Source of the DNA: Deltaproteobacteria bacterium
GTDB taxonomy: Bacteria > Myxococcota_A > UBA9160 > SMWR01
Direction of reading: 5' to 3'
Assembly: GCA_032128375.1 (NCBI GenBank)
Contig: JAQBGU010000239.1
Span: 1-57,641 of the forward strand
DNA length: 57,641 nt
Of the stretch, positions 37,689 to 48,338 are shown piece by piece. A program made the position numbers and the translations under genes. How positions within the stretch are numbered: position 1 is the stretch's first letter; each line of letters begins with the position of its first letter. The notes under the pieces were generated by a model. It made no database searches. It saw nothing but the letters and a program-made list of their open reading frames with translations, and was not told the DNA's origin.

Positions 37689-38848
37689 CGGCGATCTTGA
37701 TGGCTGTTGGTGATGTCTCAGGCGACAAATACGCGGCGGATGTCGTTCGCGAATTGCGCAAGATCAACGGTGAACTGCAATTCCGCGGGCTCGGCGGGGT
37801 CGAACTCGAGAACGCGGGGATGGAATTGGTGGTCGATCAGCGAAATCTGGCTGTTGGCGGAGTTGTCGAGCTGGTACCTCATCTCGATCGGATCGTTTCG
37901 AGCTGGCGCAAGATGGTGTCGGAGCTCCAATCACGGACGCCCGACCTGCTCGTGCTCGTCGATTCGTCCGGCTTCAACCTGCCCTATGCCCGTCGCGCGC
38001 AGCGCGCACGCATTCCGGTCCTCTACTACATCTCTCCGCAGGTATGGGCGTGGCGGCGCGGTCGCGTCCGCAAGCTGGCCAGCCGGGTCGACCGGATGGC
38101 GGTGATCTTTCCGTTCGAACCCGCGGTGTACGAGGGCAGTGGGCTGGCGGCCGAGTTCGTGGGACATCCGCTCGTCGAGCGTCTGGAAGAAAGCACCCGG
38201 GGCCTCGATCGCGATCAGATTCGCGAGAGATTGGGGATCGGGACGGCAGACCGCGTTGTCGTGCTGCTGCCGGGCAGCCGGGAAACGGAGCTGCGCCACT
38301 GTCTGGGTGTCCATCTGGACACCGCCAAGGTGTTGCACGCGTACGATCCGCGTATTCGATTCTTGCTGCCGGTCGCGCCGTCGATCGATCTCGACGAAGT
38401 CAAAGCGCGCATCCGCGACCGCAATCTGCCGGGATTGCTTCGACTCGAACTCACGGATGGCCGATCGCCGGAAGCGGTGATCGCCAGCGATGTGGTCATC
38501 GCGAAGCCTGGAACGGCGACGCTCGAGGCCGCGCTGCTGGGCCGGCCACTGGTGATCGCGGCACGCGGAAACCCGGTCAGCGTCGCATTGCTTCGGCGCT
38601 TGCTGAAAGTGGACTTCCTCGGTATGCCGAACCTCATCGCGGGACAAGAGATCGTTCCGGAGTTCCTGCAGGACAAGGCGGACCCGCAAGAAATCGCGAA
38701 GGCGGTACTCGACCGACTCGATGGGCCGATCCGCGAGCGCCAACTCGCTCAACTGGCCGAGGTGCGATCCCGGCTCGGCAGCGGTGGTGTTGCGCGCCGA
38801 GTTGCTGCGATCGCCCAGGAGATGCTGATTGCGGGCGCTGGGGGTTAG
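37685..38848 (+). CDS. lpxB: Lipid-A-disaccharide synthase
   Basis: GDVSGD, YYISPQVWAWR, IFPFE, FVGHP, LLPGSR, GTATLE, PNLIAG..IVPEFLQ. Confidence 0.94.
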   Translation: MTAILMAVGDVSGDKYAADVVRELRKINGELQFRGLGGVELENAGMELVVDQRNLAVGGVVELVPHLDRIVSSWRKMVSELQSRTPDLLVLVDSSGFNLPYARRAQRARIPVLYYISPQVWAWRRGRVRKLASRVDRMAVIFPFEPAVYEGSGLAAEFVGHPLVERLEESTRGLDRDQIRERLGIGTADRVVVLLPGSRETELRHCLGVHLDTAKVLHAYDPRIRFLLPVAPSIDLDEVKARIRDRNLPGLLRLELTDGRSPEAVIASDVVIAKPGTATLEAALLGRPLVIAARGNPVSVALLRRLLKVDFLGMPNLIAGQEIVPEFLQDKADPQEIAKAVLDRLDGPIRERQLAQLAEVRSRLGSGGVARRVAAIAQEMLIAGAGG

Positions 38849-40094
38849 CCTCGCGGCTGCGAGCGCGCTGGTGGCGGCCCCAATCGCGCTCGCGGCGCTC
38901 GCTGCACGACCGGTCTGGCGGATCGGTGTTCGAGAGCGTCTGGGCGAGTCGATGCGGATCCCACCGGGGGCGATTTGGGTACACGCGGCGAGTGTTGGCG
39001 AGGTGCTCGCGGCTTCGCGACTTGTCGCGCGGCTTCGCTTTCTCGATCGCAACGTCTACACGTCGACGTTTACCGTACATGGTCGCGAGGTCATGTGGCG
39101 ATCTCGGCCCGAAGTTCCGTGCCAGCTTGCACCCCTCGATCACCCATGGTGCGTCGAGCGAGCACTGGATCGAGTTCAACCGGCAGCGTTGGTGTTGGTG
39201 GAGACCGAACTGTGGCCGAGCTGGATCGCCGCCGCGGAGCGCCGCGAGATCCCGGTAGTACTGGTGTCTGCGCGCGTGAGCGATCGCTCGTACTCGCGGT
39301 ACCGCCGGTTCGGTTGGATCGTAAGCCGAACTCTGCGTCGACTGGCAGCCGTCGGCGCCCGCACTCCAGAAGACGCAGAGCGGTTCCGTGCACTGGGCGC
39401 CCACCCCGATCGCATTTCGGTGACTGGCGATCTGAAGATCGACCTCGACCACGAGCACCGGCCGATGGCGCCGGATCTCGATGCCGCGGTCGGACATCGA
39501 TCGCTGTTCGTCGCGGGGAGTACACACGAAGGAGAAGAGGCCGCGGCACTCGATGCGCTTCGCTACGTGGAATCGAAAGGGCTGGACGTGTCTTTGGTCT
39601 TGGCGCCGCGGCACCCCCAGCGAACACCGGAGGTCGCACGCCTGGTGCGCGCCGCGGGCCGCAAGCCCCGACTGCGTAGTGCCTTGTCCGATGTGCCGTT
39701 GAGACCACGCGAAGTGCTGGTGTTGGACACCGTGGGGGAGCTGGCGTCGCTATACGCGCGCGCCGACGTGGCATTCGTTGGAGGGTCGCTGGTACCGATC
39801 GGGGGGCATAACGTGATCGAACCCGTATTTGCAGGGCGCCCAGTTGTGTATGGGCGCTACACGGCCAATGTACGCCATGTGGTGGAAATTCTCGGCGAGT
39901 GCGGGGCGGGAAAGATGGTGCACGAGGCAGCGGAACTGGGACCTGCCGTCGCCGCTCTGCTGATAGAATCCGACCGCGCATTGGGCGCAGCCATGCGCGG
40001 GCGCATAGCGCTGATGCGCCATATCGGCAGTGGTGAAAGAACGGGTGCTTTGATCGAAAAGGTGATCATGGCGGCGGCGATCGGGGCTTCGTGA
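38829..40094 (+). CDS. waaA: Kdo transferase
   Basis: IWVHAASVGE, ETELWP, GSTHEGEE, LAPRHPQR, DTVGEL, FVGGSL...GGHN..EP. Confidence 0.94.
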   Translation: MRALGVSLAAASALVAAPIALAALAARPVWRIGVRERLGESMRIPPGAIWVHAASVGEVLAASRLVARLRFLDRNVYTSTFTVHGREVMWRSRPEVPCQLAPLDHPWCVERALDRVQPAALVLVETELWPSWIAAAERREIPVVLVSARVSDRSYSRYRRFGWIVSRTLRRLAAVGARTPEDAERFRALGAHPDRISVTGDLKIDLDHEHRPMAPDLDAAVGHRSLFVAGSTHEGEEAAALDALRYVESKGLDVSLVLAPRHPQRTPEVARLVRAAGRKPRLRSALSDVPLRPREVLVLDTVGELASLYARADVAFVGGSLVPIGGHNVIEPVFAGRPVVYGRYTANVRHVVEILGECGAGKMVHEAAELGPAVAALLIESDRALGAAMRGRIALMRHIGSGERTGALIEKVIMAAAIGAS

Positions 40095-41182
40095 GTCCGA
40101 TCCCGCAGTGGGTCCAGCAGCGCGAAGAGAGTCTGTTGAGGCGTGCGGCGTTGTTGCCGTTGGTTGCGCCCGCGTGGATCTACGGTTCGGGTGCGCGGCT
40201 TCATCGCGCGTGGTACTCGTCACGCAAGACGGCGCTACCGCTGCGTGTACTGAGCGTCGGAAATCTGGTCGTCGGCGGCACCGCCAAGACCCCGACTACC
40301 GCCTGGCTGGCCAATTCGTTGCGCCGCCGCGGCTACAAGGTCGCCGTTGCCAGTCGCGGGTATGCGCGCCGGATGCGAGATTCCGCGCATGACGGGGTCG
40401 TTTCCGTCTCTGACGGAAGTCATGTGCTCAGCCGCGCAGAAGTCGCCGGAGACGAGCCGATGATTCTGGCGGGCCAGGTACCAGGAGTTCCGGTGCTTGT
40501 CGGGGCCGACCGCGTCGCTGTCGGGCGCAGAGCGTGTTCCGTGTTCGGAACAGAAGTGCTGATTCTGGACGACGGCTTTCACCACCATCCGCTTCATCGC
40601 GACATCGACATGGTGATGGTCGACGCTCATTTCGGATTCGGCAACCGCAAGGTGCTGCCGCGTGGGCTACTGCGTGAGCCGCTTTCCGCACTTCGCTTCG
40701 CCGATGTGATCGGAGTCGTCGACGGACCTGTTTCGGACCTTCCGGCGGCCGATCTCGAGACGATCCAATCGCTCGAGCCGGATGTCAAACTCTTCACCGC
40801 GTACAAGAAACCGCGTCGACTACGCCCGCTGGAAGGCGGGATCGGTGAATCGCCCGAAAACCTCGTCGGCGCCGAAGTGGGATTGATAGCCGGGTTGGCG
40901 AGGCCGGAGTCGTTGCGGCGGACCATCGAACACCTCGGCGCGACGGTGGTTGCCGAGCGGACGTTCGGCGACCATCACCGCTACCGGAGCCGTGATCTTC
41001 AGAGACTGGCATCGGACGTTCCGATCTGGATTACGACGGAAAAGGACGCAGTGAAGATTACACCGGCATGGGTCGCTGGAGCCGACGTTCGCGTCCTGTC
41101 GATCGAACTGGAGGTCTCTGACGCGAAGGTGCTGCTCGACTGGTTGGTCGAACGCCTGGGGTCGCCTCGCGAAGATGATTGA
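40091..41182 (+). CDS. lpxK: Tetraacyldisaccharide 4'-kinase
   Basis: SVGNLVVGGTAKTP, SRGY, GDEP, ILDDGF, LPRGLLREP, F.DHH.Y, TTEKDAVK. Confidence 0.94.
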   Translation: MSPIPQWVQQREESLLRRAALLPLVAPAWIYGSGARLHRAWYSSRKTALPLRVLSVGNLVVGGTAKTPTTAWLANSLRRRGYKVAVASRGYARRMRDSAHDGVVSVSDGSHVLSRAEVAGDEPMILAGQVPGVPVLVGADRVAVGRRACSVFGTEVLILDDGFHHHPLHRDIDMVMVDAHFGFGNRKVLPRGLLREPLSALRFADVIGVVDGPVSDLPAADLETIQSLEPDVKLFTAYKKPRRLRPLEGGIGESPENLVGAEVGLIAGLARPESLRRTIEHLGATVVAERTFGDHHRYRSRDLQRLASDVPIWITTEKDAVKITPAWVAGADVRVLSIELEVSDAKVLLDWLVERLGSPREDD

Positions 41183-41244
41183 TCCTGCAGGTCGATCGGG
41201 GTCGAAGAGCCGAGTGCCGGATTGGACTGCCGCTCAGCGTCGAA

Positions 41245-42189
41245 TCATCGCTGCGCCGGGTACAACACGCAATGGAGTGCGATTCGGAGCCGCTCGCGGC
41301 CGAGGTGCACGAGCAATTCGCCGCGTAGGCGGCGGTCGCCACCGGTGTACGCGGCGAAAAAGCGCGCAATCGCGCGAGCACCGACGGTCTTGGTGAGCCT
41401 CCGCTTGATCAGCGACCGCCGAAGTCGCATCAGCTCACGCATCCGCCGGGATGCATTGACCGGTTCGATGTGTTGCGCGCGATCGAGGTCAACGACGACG
41501 ACTTCGCTTTCGCCCCCTGGTCCCGTGCGGATGAGCAGATTGCCGACGTGGAGATCAGCGTGCGAACCGCCTCGTTCGTGGAAGCAAGCGATGGCGCGAC
41601 CGGCGGCCGCAGCTGCGCGCAACACCGCGTCGGGATTGGGATCCCCCGATAGAAACGCGATCCCGTCCACCGTGTCAGGCTCGAAGATGGTTCCGACCGT
41701 GGCGTTCCAGAAGAGGCCCGAGCGCTCTGCCATGACCAGCGCGGGGCTCGGGACTGGCGCGCCTCTTTCTGCCAGTGATGCAGTCACGCGCAGTTCGTCG
41801 AGCGGACGCCGCAGACCGAGTAACGCGTAACCGAGCAGCCCCCCGAACCATCCACCGTGTCGAACGCGCCTGAGATGCAGTCGCGAGTCAGAGCCGGGCA
41901 GCGGCACAACGGCAGTCGGGCCTCGCCCCGGCGGTCCGTCGAGGGTTCGCGACCCTTCTTTGGTGTCTCGCGACCGCGGCCCGGACTCCTCGCCAAGCGC
42001 CTTTTCCGTCTCTTTCCCAGACGCCTTCGCAGCCAAGGCCAACCGCAGGCTCCCGTGTTCTGCCAGACCGAGATTCGAAACGGCTTCGACCCAACGGTCG
42101 GCTACGACCATGACTCGGCCGCGCTCGGTCCAACGCTGAAAGCCACGGATCGGTTCGCGTTTCCAGCCTCCAGAATTCAGCTTCATCAT
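41245..42189 (-). CDS. Kdo kinase / LPS kinase (KdkA-like)
   Basis: GRG, R..RHGG..G.L, R...EL, PVP.P, HADLHVGNLL, VDLDR. ATG 42189 overlaps the lptF/G stop. Confidence 0.8.
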   Translation of the reverse strand: MMKLNSGGWKREPIRGFQRWTERGRVMVVADRWVEAVSNLGLAEHGSLRLALAAKASGKETEKALGEESGPRSRDTKEGSRTLDGPPGRGPTAVVPLPGSDSRLHLRRVRHGGWFGGLLGYALLGLRRPLDELRVTASLAERGAPVPSPALVMAERSGLFWNATVGTIFEPDTVDGIAFLSGDPNPDAVLRAAAAAGRAIACFHERGGSHADLHVGNLLIRTGPGGESEVVVVDLDRAQHIEPVNASRRMRELMRLRRSLIKRRLTKTVGARAIARFFAAYTGGDRRLRGELLVHLGRERLRIALHCVLYPAQR

Positions 42190-43313
42190 CGAACCTGGCG
42201 TGTGCGGGTGACGAGAAACACAGCCGCGGCCGCGAAGAGGACATTGGGAACCCACAACGCGACCAGCGCCGGCAATACCCGCTGAACTGCCAGGAATTCG
42301 GTGAAGGTCATCATGGCGTAGTAAGCAAAAATCAGAGCGACACACAAGAAGGTTGACCATGAACGCGTCCATCGGCGACTATTCAATCCCAGTGGCGCAC
42401 CAACGAACGCGAAGATGAACGGGGCAAACGGCAGCGCGATTCTGCGATGGATCTGCAGTTCGTACTTGACCGGGTCGTTGCGTCGGAGGTGGTTCAGCGA
42501 TTCGCCGGATTCGGCCAGAGCGATTACCTCTTTCAATTGAGCCAGCGTCATTTCTCTCGGCCGAAGCAGCTTGAAGTCGGGACCGAACAAAGACTCGGAA
42601 TCCAGCGTGTAGACGAACGAGCGAAAAGCGATACGCTGGTAGATACCGTCCGCGGTGTTGTTGGGCGGCTCGACGTGGATATCTCCGTCGCTGAGCCTGA
42701 ATTCGATTTCGCTTTCGGTCGATTTCCACAAGACTTCGCCCGACTCGGCGAAGATCATCATCGCCCGCGCCTCGTCTGTCCGGTCTGAGATGACTACGCC
42801 CTGCAGTCTCTGATTCGAGTCGATCTCCCGGACGAAGAGCACGCGTTCTCCCAATTTCCGGAATCGGCCCGCTTCGATGAAGCCTCCGCGTGCAGCCATC
42901 GTTTTGACGACACGGCGTAGAGTAAGTTGGGCGACGTGCTCGGCTTCGACAAAGAGGAAACCGGTGACCATCGATATCGCGACTCCGAGCAGAAACATCG
43001 GCCTCCAGATGGCCCGAAAGCCGACACCGCAGGCGTGCATCGCGGTGATCTCCGCATCTGATGACATGCGTCCCAGTGCAAGGAGTACACCGAAAAGAAA
43101 CGCGATCGGAACGCTATAGGTCGCCAGCATCAGCGATAGGGAGCCGACGATGGCCGCAAAGTCCCGGAGACGCACGCCTGCAGTGATCATCTGATCGAGG
43201 AATCGAAACAGATTCTGAGTCACCATCACGATCGTGATGGCCGCGAGTCCCAGCGCTGTGTAGCCGGAAACCTCCTTCATCACATAGCGCGAAAGGGTGC
43301 GGGGCGCCGGCAT
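42186..43313 (-). CDS. lptF: LPS export permease LptF/LptG family
   Basis: TLSRYVMKE, P..FLFGVL.ALGRMSSDAEITAM.ACG, IHRRIALPFA, ALWVPN. Confidence 0.88.
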   Translation of the reverse strand: MPAPRTLSRYVMKEVSGYTALGLAAITIVMVTQNLFRFLDQMITAGVRLRDFAAIVGSLSLMLATYSVPIAFLFGVLLALGRMSSDAEITAMHACGVGFRAIWRPMFLLGVAISMVTGFLFVEAEHVAQLTLRRVVKTMAARGGFIEAGRFRKLGERVLFVREIDSNQRLQGVVISDRTDEARAMMIFAESGEVLWKSTESEIEFRLSDGDIHVEPPNNTADGIYQRIAFRSFVYTLDSESLFGPDFKLLRPREMTLAQLKEVIALAESGESLNHLRRNDPVKYELQIHRRIALPFAPFIFAFVGAPLGLNSRRWTRSWSTFLCVALIFAYYAMMTFTEFLAVQRVLPALVALWVPNVLFAAAAVFLVTRTRQVR

Positions 43314-43436
43314 CGCGATGTATCCTATCCGCCCGTACCTGTATTCGCGAGGCGCGCCATCACCGTTCCGAATGAGATTTCTCTGACTTTTTCTCGCACT
43401 TCGCTTGCGTGCACCAACCCGCTCGGGGCGCCACCG

Positions 43437-44501
43437 GTGGCGGCTCGCATTGCCGTGTTACGGCTCGGCGCAGTTGGCGATGTCGTACGGACGCTCCCAG
43501 CGGCGCGACGGATTCGCGGGGCTTACCCCGACGCCCATCTCGCGTGGTTGGTCGAACCGGCAGCGTCTGGTCTTCTGCGGGCACAACCATGGATCGACGA
43601 AGTCATCGTCTTCCCGAGAGATTCCCTCACGAGGAATCTGCGCAGCTTGAATTGGCTTGCCTTTGCGCGCGAGGGTGAGCGGTTTGTTCGCGAACTTCGC
43701 GAGCATCGCTTCGATCTGGTCGTCGACTTTCACTCCATCTTTCGATCGGGACTTCTCTCGATCGCGACCGGAGCAACGACCCGGGTCAGCTATGGGCCAC
43801 CATTCGGTCGCGAGTTCTCCTACTGGTGCGCGACTTTGCGCGCCTCGCTCGTGCGCACGAAGATGAGCCGATTCGATCGAAACGCAGCGCTCGTCGACTT
43901 CCTCGCTATTGGGCGCGCCGAATCGGAGCTGCCTTTGGAGGTGCGAGTCCCGTCGAAAGTCGGCAATCGGCCGGTTGCGCTACACCCGGGTACGAGCGAT
44001 GGCGCGCCCCACAAGCGCTATCCGGTCGCTTCGTTCGGCGCGGTGGCGCGGGAAATATTGGCGGCGACCGGCACTCGGAGCATCGTGACGTGGGGACCGG
44101 GCCGCTCCGATCGGAGGCTCGCAGCGGAAGTCGTCGCGGCTTCTGATGGCGCGGCGGAGCTGGCACCCGAGACCGCCGGCCTCGAGGACCTGGCTGCGCT
44201 GCTCGCGGGTTGTCGGCTGTTGGTTGGGGGCGATTCGGGGCCGCTTCACCTGGCTTCACTGGTCGGGACGCCGGTGGTCCAGATCCTGGGGCCGACCGAT
44301 CCAATCGAGAATGCCCCATTCGCCGGAACGCCGTATCGGGTCGTCAGGCAAGCATTAGGTTGCAGTCCGTGTCGGCGCGGCTGCAGCGCCGTCACCTGCA
44401 TGCGGGGAATCCCGCCGCAGCGAGTGCTGGAAGCCGTCTTCGAGCTGCTGGCCGAGCGCAGTGCACCAGTGCCGATCGAAGCAGCCGAAAATTTTTCGTG
44501 A
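43437..44501 (+). CDS. GT9 glycosyltransferase (LPS heptosyltransferase)
   Basis: RLGAVGDVV...P, LHPG, K.YP, GGDSGPLHLA...GTPVV.I.GPT. Confidence 0.9.
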   Translation: MAARIAVLRLGAVGDVVRTLPAARRIRGAYPDAHLAWLVEPAASGLLRAQPWIDEVIVFPRDSLTRNLRSLNWLAFAREGERFVRELREHRFDLVVDFHSIFRSGLLSIATGATTRVSYGPPFGREFSYWCATLRASLVRTKMSRFDRNAALVDFLAIGRAESELPLEVRVPSKVGNRPVALHPGTSDGAPHKRYPVASFGAVAREILAATGTRSIVTWGPGRSDRRLAAEVVAASDGAAELAPETAGLEDLAALLAGCRLLVGGDSGPLHLASLVGTPVVQILGPTDPIENAPFAGTPYRVVRQALGCSPCRRGCSAVTCMRGIPPQRVLEAVFELLAERSAPVPIEAAENFS

Positions 44502-45481
44502 CAGACCTGTCGATCATCGTCGTGACCTGGAATACCCGCGATCTGGTGCTCGATTGTCTCGCATCGATCGAGCGCGTCCTGGCCTCCTGTGGCACTGGAA
44601 CCGTCATTGAGACGCTCGTTGTCGACAACGGTTCCGAAGACGACACGGAGCAGGCCGTGCGAAGCGGTTTTCCTGCGGTCCGATTGGTGAAACTGAGTGC
44701 GAATCTGGGATTTGCGGCCGGCTGCAACGCGGGAATCCGCAAGGCTCGCGGCCGGGTTCTCTTGCTCCTCAACAGCGATGCACAGCTGTGCGCGGGCGCT
44801 GTCGAAAGATGCATGGGATTCCTTGCAGCCAATCCAAACGTCGCGATCGTCGGGCCGCAGTTGTTGAATCCCGATGGTTCGAAGCAGAACTCGGTCCACA
44901 ATTTCCCGATCGTCGCCACTGAGCTCATTCCAAAGTCGGTATTTCAATTTGTGTTTCGCAAACGCTTCCCCTCCCACCGCTGGACGAGCGGCGAACCGGT
45001 CGACGTGGAAGCGCTGGTCGGTGCGGCGATGTTCGTCCGCCGCGATGTCGTCGACTCGGTCGGCATGCTGTCGGAGGATTTCTTTTTCTTCTTGGAAGAG
45101 ACCGACTGGTGCTGGCGCATGCGTGCCGCCGGCTGGCGCGTCGTGCATCTCCCCGCTGCGCACGTCACGCACCTTTCGGGCGCCAGCAGCAAGAAGAAGA
45201 ACCCCTCGCTGACCCGGATCGAGTACCATCGATCCCTCTACTTGTTCTACCGCAAACATCGCGGAATGGGATGGATGGCGACCGTCTTGGTGCTTCGGAC
45301 CCTCAAAGCCCTCATCTATGTGGTGACGCAGGCCCCCCTGGCGCTCGCCAATGAAAGTCGGGCGACGCGCTGGCTGAGCCACCGCGATGTTCTGCTGTGG
45401 CACCTCCGCGGCTGCCCCAAGACGATGGGGTTGGCTCGGCTCTCCGCGGCTGATCGAGTGAGAATGCCGGCGGGCGACTGA
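44498..45481 (+). CDS. GT2 glycosyltransferase (WbbL/rhamnosyltransferase-like)
   Basis: LSIIVVTWN, VVDNGSED, NLGFAAGCN, LLNSD, FF.FLEETDWC.R. GTG 44498. Confidence 0.88.
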   Translation: MTDLSIIVVTWNTRDLVLDCLASIERVLASCGTGTVIETLVVDNGSEDDTEQAVRSGFPAVRLVKLSANLGFAAGCNAGIRKARGRVLLLLNSDAQLCAGAVERCMGFLAANPNVAIVGPQLLNPDGSKQNSVHNFPIVATELIPKSVFQFVFRKRFPSHRWTSGEPVDVEALVGAAMFVRRDVVDSVGMLSEDFFFFLEETDWCWRMRAAGWRVVHLPAAHVTHLSGASSKKKNPSLTRIEYHRSLYLFYRKHRGMGWMATVLVLRTLKALIYVVTQAPLALANESRATRWLSHRDVLLWHLRGCPKTMGLARLSAADRVRMPAGD

Positions 45482-46506
45482 TGGGAGCGCTCGACCACAA
45501 TCGGCTGAAAGCGCTGATCGACGATTTTTCCCGCATTCACCTGCTGGTCGTGGGGGATCTGGTGCTCGACGAATACGTCTGGGGCGACGTCCATCGCGTC
45601 AGTCCCGAAGCGCCGGTGCCCGTGGTGCGGGTTCGCGAAGAAACCGTGGTGCTGGGCGGGGCGGCCAACGTAGTTCGAAACCTGCTGGCTCTGGGAGCGA
45701 GGGCCACCCTGGTCTCGATCGTCGGAGACGACGAGGCGGGAGATCGCGCTCGAGACCTCGTGGCGGAGCTGGGTTTGGGATCCGACGGGCTGGTGGTGGC
45801 GCGGGGTCGCGCGACCACCCGCAAGACTCGTGTGATCGCGCGGACGCAGCAAGTGGTTCGCTTCGACCGCGAGAGCATTGATCCACCCCACAAAGGTGTC
45901 GGGCAGCGGGTTGTCGCAGCGGTCGAGCGGGCACTGGCATCCGGCGCGCTCGATGGTGCCGTCATCGAGGACTACGGAAAGGGTGTACTGGACGGGTCGG
46001 TCGCCGAGGCTGTGATGGCGCGCCTGGCCGAAGCGAATCTGCCAGCCGTCGTCGATCCCAAGGTGTCAGTGTCTGCGTACCGTGGGGCCTCGTTGCTGAA
46101 GCCGAATCTGAGTGAAGCCGAGGCGTTGTCGGGAATTTCGATTCGAAACGACCACGACTTGAATCGCGCTGGGCAGAAGATGCGCCGATTGATCGGAGGC
46201 GGAGCGATCGTGATCACCCGCGGTGCCGATGGTATGACGTTGTTCGAAACCGATGGTCCCGCGGTGTCGGTCCCGACGGTTCCGCGCGCGGTATTCGACG
46301 TCCAAGGTGCTGGCGATACGGCGATCGCCGCCTTGACGCTCGCGCTGCGTGTCGGAGGAAGCTTGTTAGAAGCCGCGGTGATCGCCAACGCGGCCGCCGG
46401 GGTCGTTGTGGGAAAGGTAGGGACTGCAACTGCGAACGGGTCCGAGACCCGCGAGTTGCTAGCGGCGGCGATCGAAGTGGTCGAAAGCTCTGAGAACCGA
46501 CCCTGA
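45481..46506 (+). CDS. rfaE1: D-glycero-beta-D-manno-heptose-7-phosphate kinase (HldE kinase domain only)
   Basis: VGDLVLDEY..G...RVSPEAPVPV, GGAANV, DYGKG, VDPK, PN..E, VFDVQGAGDT, VGKVGTA. Confidence 0.9.
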   Translation: MGALDHNRLKALIDDFSRIHLLVVGDLVLDEYVWGDVHRVSPEAPVPVVRVREETVVLGGAANVVRNLLALGARATLVSIVGDDEAGDRARDLVAELGLGSDGLVVARGRATTRKTRVIARTQQVVRFDRESIDPPHKGVGQRVVAAVERALASGALDGAVIEDYGKGVLDGSVAEAVMARLAEANLPAVVDPKVSVSAYRGASLLKPNLSEAEALSGISIRNDHDLNRAGQKMRRLIGGGAIVITRGADGMTLFETDGPAVSVPTVPRAVFDVQGAGDTAIAALTLALRVGGSLLEAAVIANAAAGVVVGKVGTATANGSETRELLAAAIEVVESSENRP

Positions 46507-46522
46507 CGAGTGGAGGTGCAAC

Positions 46523-47413
46523 TTGATTCAGAGTATGACGGGGTTTGGCCGCGCGTCGATCAGCGTCGATTCGGCGGAATACGACATCGAAGTTCGCTCT
46601 GTCAATCACCGCCACCTCGATGCGCGGGTGCGCACACCGCGAGCGCTCGCTTCTTTCGAATCCGATATCAAAGCGCGAATCCAGCAGCGGATCGGGCGCG
46701 GAAAGGTAGATCTGAATGTCCTGGTAGCGGAGAATGGGTTCCCCCCAGCGTCGGTAGCGGTAGATCTGGGGGTCGCGCGCGAGTACGCGCGTGCGGTGAG
46801 GCAGTTGGTTGAGATCGAAGGGCTGAGCGGAACGCTGAGCATCGATACGTTGGTCTCGCTGCCGGGGGTGATGAGGCTCTCGGAGCCCGAGCTGGCACTG
46901 GAAAAACTCGGCGAGGCGCTCAGAGAAGGCGCCGAAAACGCGCTCAATGCGCTCGAGGCGATGCGATCAACCGAAGGCGCCGCGATCGAACGCGATCTGT
47001 TGGCGCGCATGGAGCGGGTCGAGAGCCTCGCAAGCTCGGTGGAGCGACGATCCGGCGCCGTCCGCGAAGCGGTCACGGCGCGGCTGCGAAAGCGAACCGA
47101 GCAGCTTCGCGATGAGACTGGCCTGCTCGACGAGGCGCGCCTCCACCAGGAGATCGTGATCGCGGCAGACCGCATGGATATCACTGAGGAGTTGGTGCGG
47201 CTGCGCAGTCACATCGAGCAATTTCGGGGGGTCGTCGCATCCGCGGGCGTCGACAACCCGGTGGGTCGGCGCCTCGACTTTCTGATGCAGGAGTTTGTTC
47301 GCGAGGTCAATACGATCGGAGGAAAGGCGAGCGATGCGCCGATTGCGCACGAGGTGGTCGAGTTGAAAACCGAACTCGAGCGCATCCGCGAACAGGTACA
47401 GAATATTGAGTAG
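46523..47413 (+). CDS. yicC: YicC/YloC family endoribonuclease
   Basis: [52 protein letters not shown]. Confidence 0.94.
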   Translation: MIQSMTGFGRASISVDSAEYDIEVRSVNHRHLDARVRTPRALASFESDIKARIQQRIGRGKVDLNVLVAENGFPPASVAVDLGVAREYARAVRQLVEIEGLSGTLSIDTLVSLPGVMRLSEPELALEKLGEALREGAENALNALEAMRSTEGAAIERDLLARMERVESLASSVERRSGAVREAVTARLRKRTEQLRDETGLLDEARLHQEIVIAADRMDITEELVRLRSHIEQFRGVVASAGVDNPVGRRLDFLMQEFVREVNTIGGKASDAPIAHEVVELKTELERIREQVQNIE

Positions 47414-47669
47414 TGTCCTGCTCAACATCGGTTACGGGAACGTGGTGGTCTCGTCACGAGTGGTGTCGATCGTCTCGCCGCAGTCTGCGCCAATGAAGCG
47501 CTTGCGCGAGGAGGCCGCGGGGCGAGGTAAGCTGGTCGACGCTACGCAGGGGCGAAGGACCCGGTCCATCATCATCACTGACAGCGACCACATCATCTTG
47601 TCGGCGATTAGTCCCGATACCATCGCCTCCCGGCTGGTGCTCGAGGGCTCGTTCGGGGCCGACGAGTGA
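47406..47669 (+). CDS. remA: DUF370 / RemA-family protein
   Basis: [10 protein letters not shown]...RVV.IV.P.SAP.KRL...[28 protein letters not shown]. Confidence 0.9.
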   Translation: MSSVLLNIGYGNVVVSSRVVSIVSPQSAPMKRLREEAAGRGKLVDATQGRRTRSIIITDSDHIILSAISPDTIASRLVLEGSFGADE

Positions 47670-48313
47670 GCGATGGAGACGGAATAACCTGGGTCCTGGC
47701 GGCACCCTCGGGAACGGGGAAAACGACGCTGTGTCGAGAGGTTCTCGAACGCGATGCTCACGTCACGCTTTCGGTATCTCACACGACCCGTTCGAAGCGG
47801 CCCGAGGAGGATGAAGGTCGCCACTACCACTTCGTCGACGCGACAGAATTCGATCGGTTGGTCGCGGCCGGCGCGTTTCTGGAACACGCCGAGTACAACG
47901 ACCACCAGTACGGCACCAGCTGGGCGGCCATTGACGCCGGGGCTTCGAATGGCCGCGACATGCTGCTGGAAATCGAAGTGCAGGGAGCGCGGCAAGTCCG
48001 AGAGCGCCTTCCCGAGGCCCGACTGATCTTCGTGCTGCCGCCTTCGATGCGCGCGCTCGAGCAGCGACTTCAGAATCGCGGAACCGATTCTCAACAGGAG
48101 ATTCGGCGCAGAATCGACGCGGCGCGGCGGGAAATCGGCGAACTCTCTCGGTTTGACTATGCGGTCACGAACCGCGAACTCAGCCAATGCGTGGAGGAAA
48201 TCTTGGCAATCATTCGCGCCGAGCGGTCGTGTGATCCGGCGACGATCGCGGCGCTTCGCAAAAGGTTCTCTCCCCAAGCTGCCGAAGAATGCTTCAAGAG
48301 TACGAGCGGGTAG
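47666..48313 (+). CDS. gmk: Guanylate kinase
   Basis: [35 protein letters not shown]. Confidence 0.95.
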   Translation: MSDGDGITWVLAAPSGTGKTTLCREVLERDAHVTLSVSHTTRSKRPEEDEGRHYHFVDATEFDRLVAAGAFLEHAEYNDHQYGTSWAAIDAGASNGRDMLLEIEVQGARQVRERLPEARLIFVLPPSMRALEQRLQNRGTDSQQEIRRRIDAARREIGELSRFDYAVTNRELSQCVEEILAIIRAERSCDPATIAALRKRFSPQAAEECFKSTSG

Positions 48314-48314
48314 C

Positions 48315-48338
48315 GGGCGAATCCTCCGGATTCGCTTT
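48315..48338 (+). terminator. Possible intrinsic terminator/hairpin after gmk
   Basis: GCGAATCC-TCC-GGATTCGC followed by TTT, 2 nt after the gmk stop. The U-tract is short. Confidence 0.45.
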
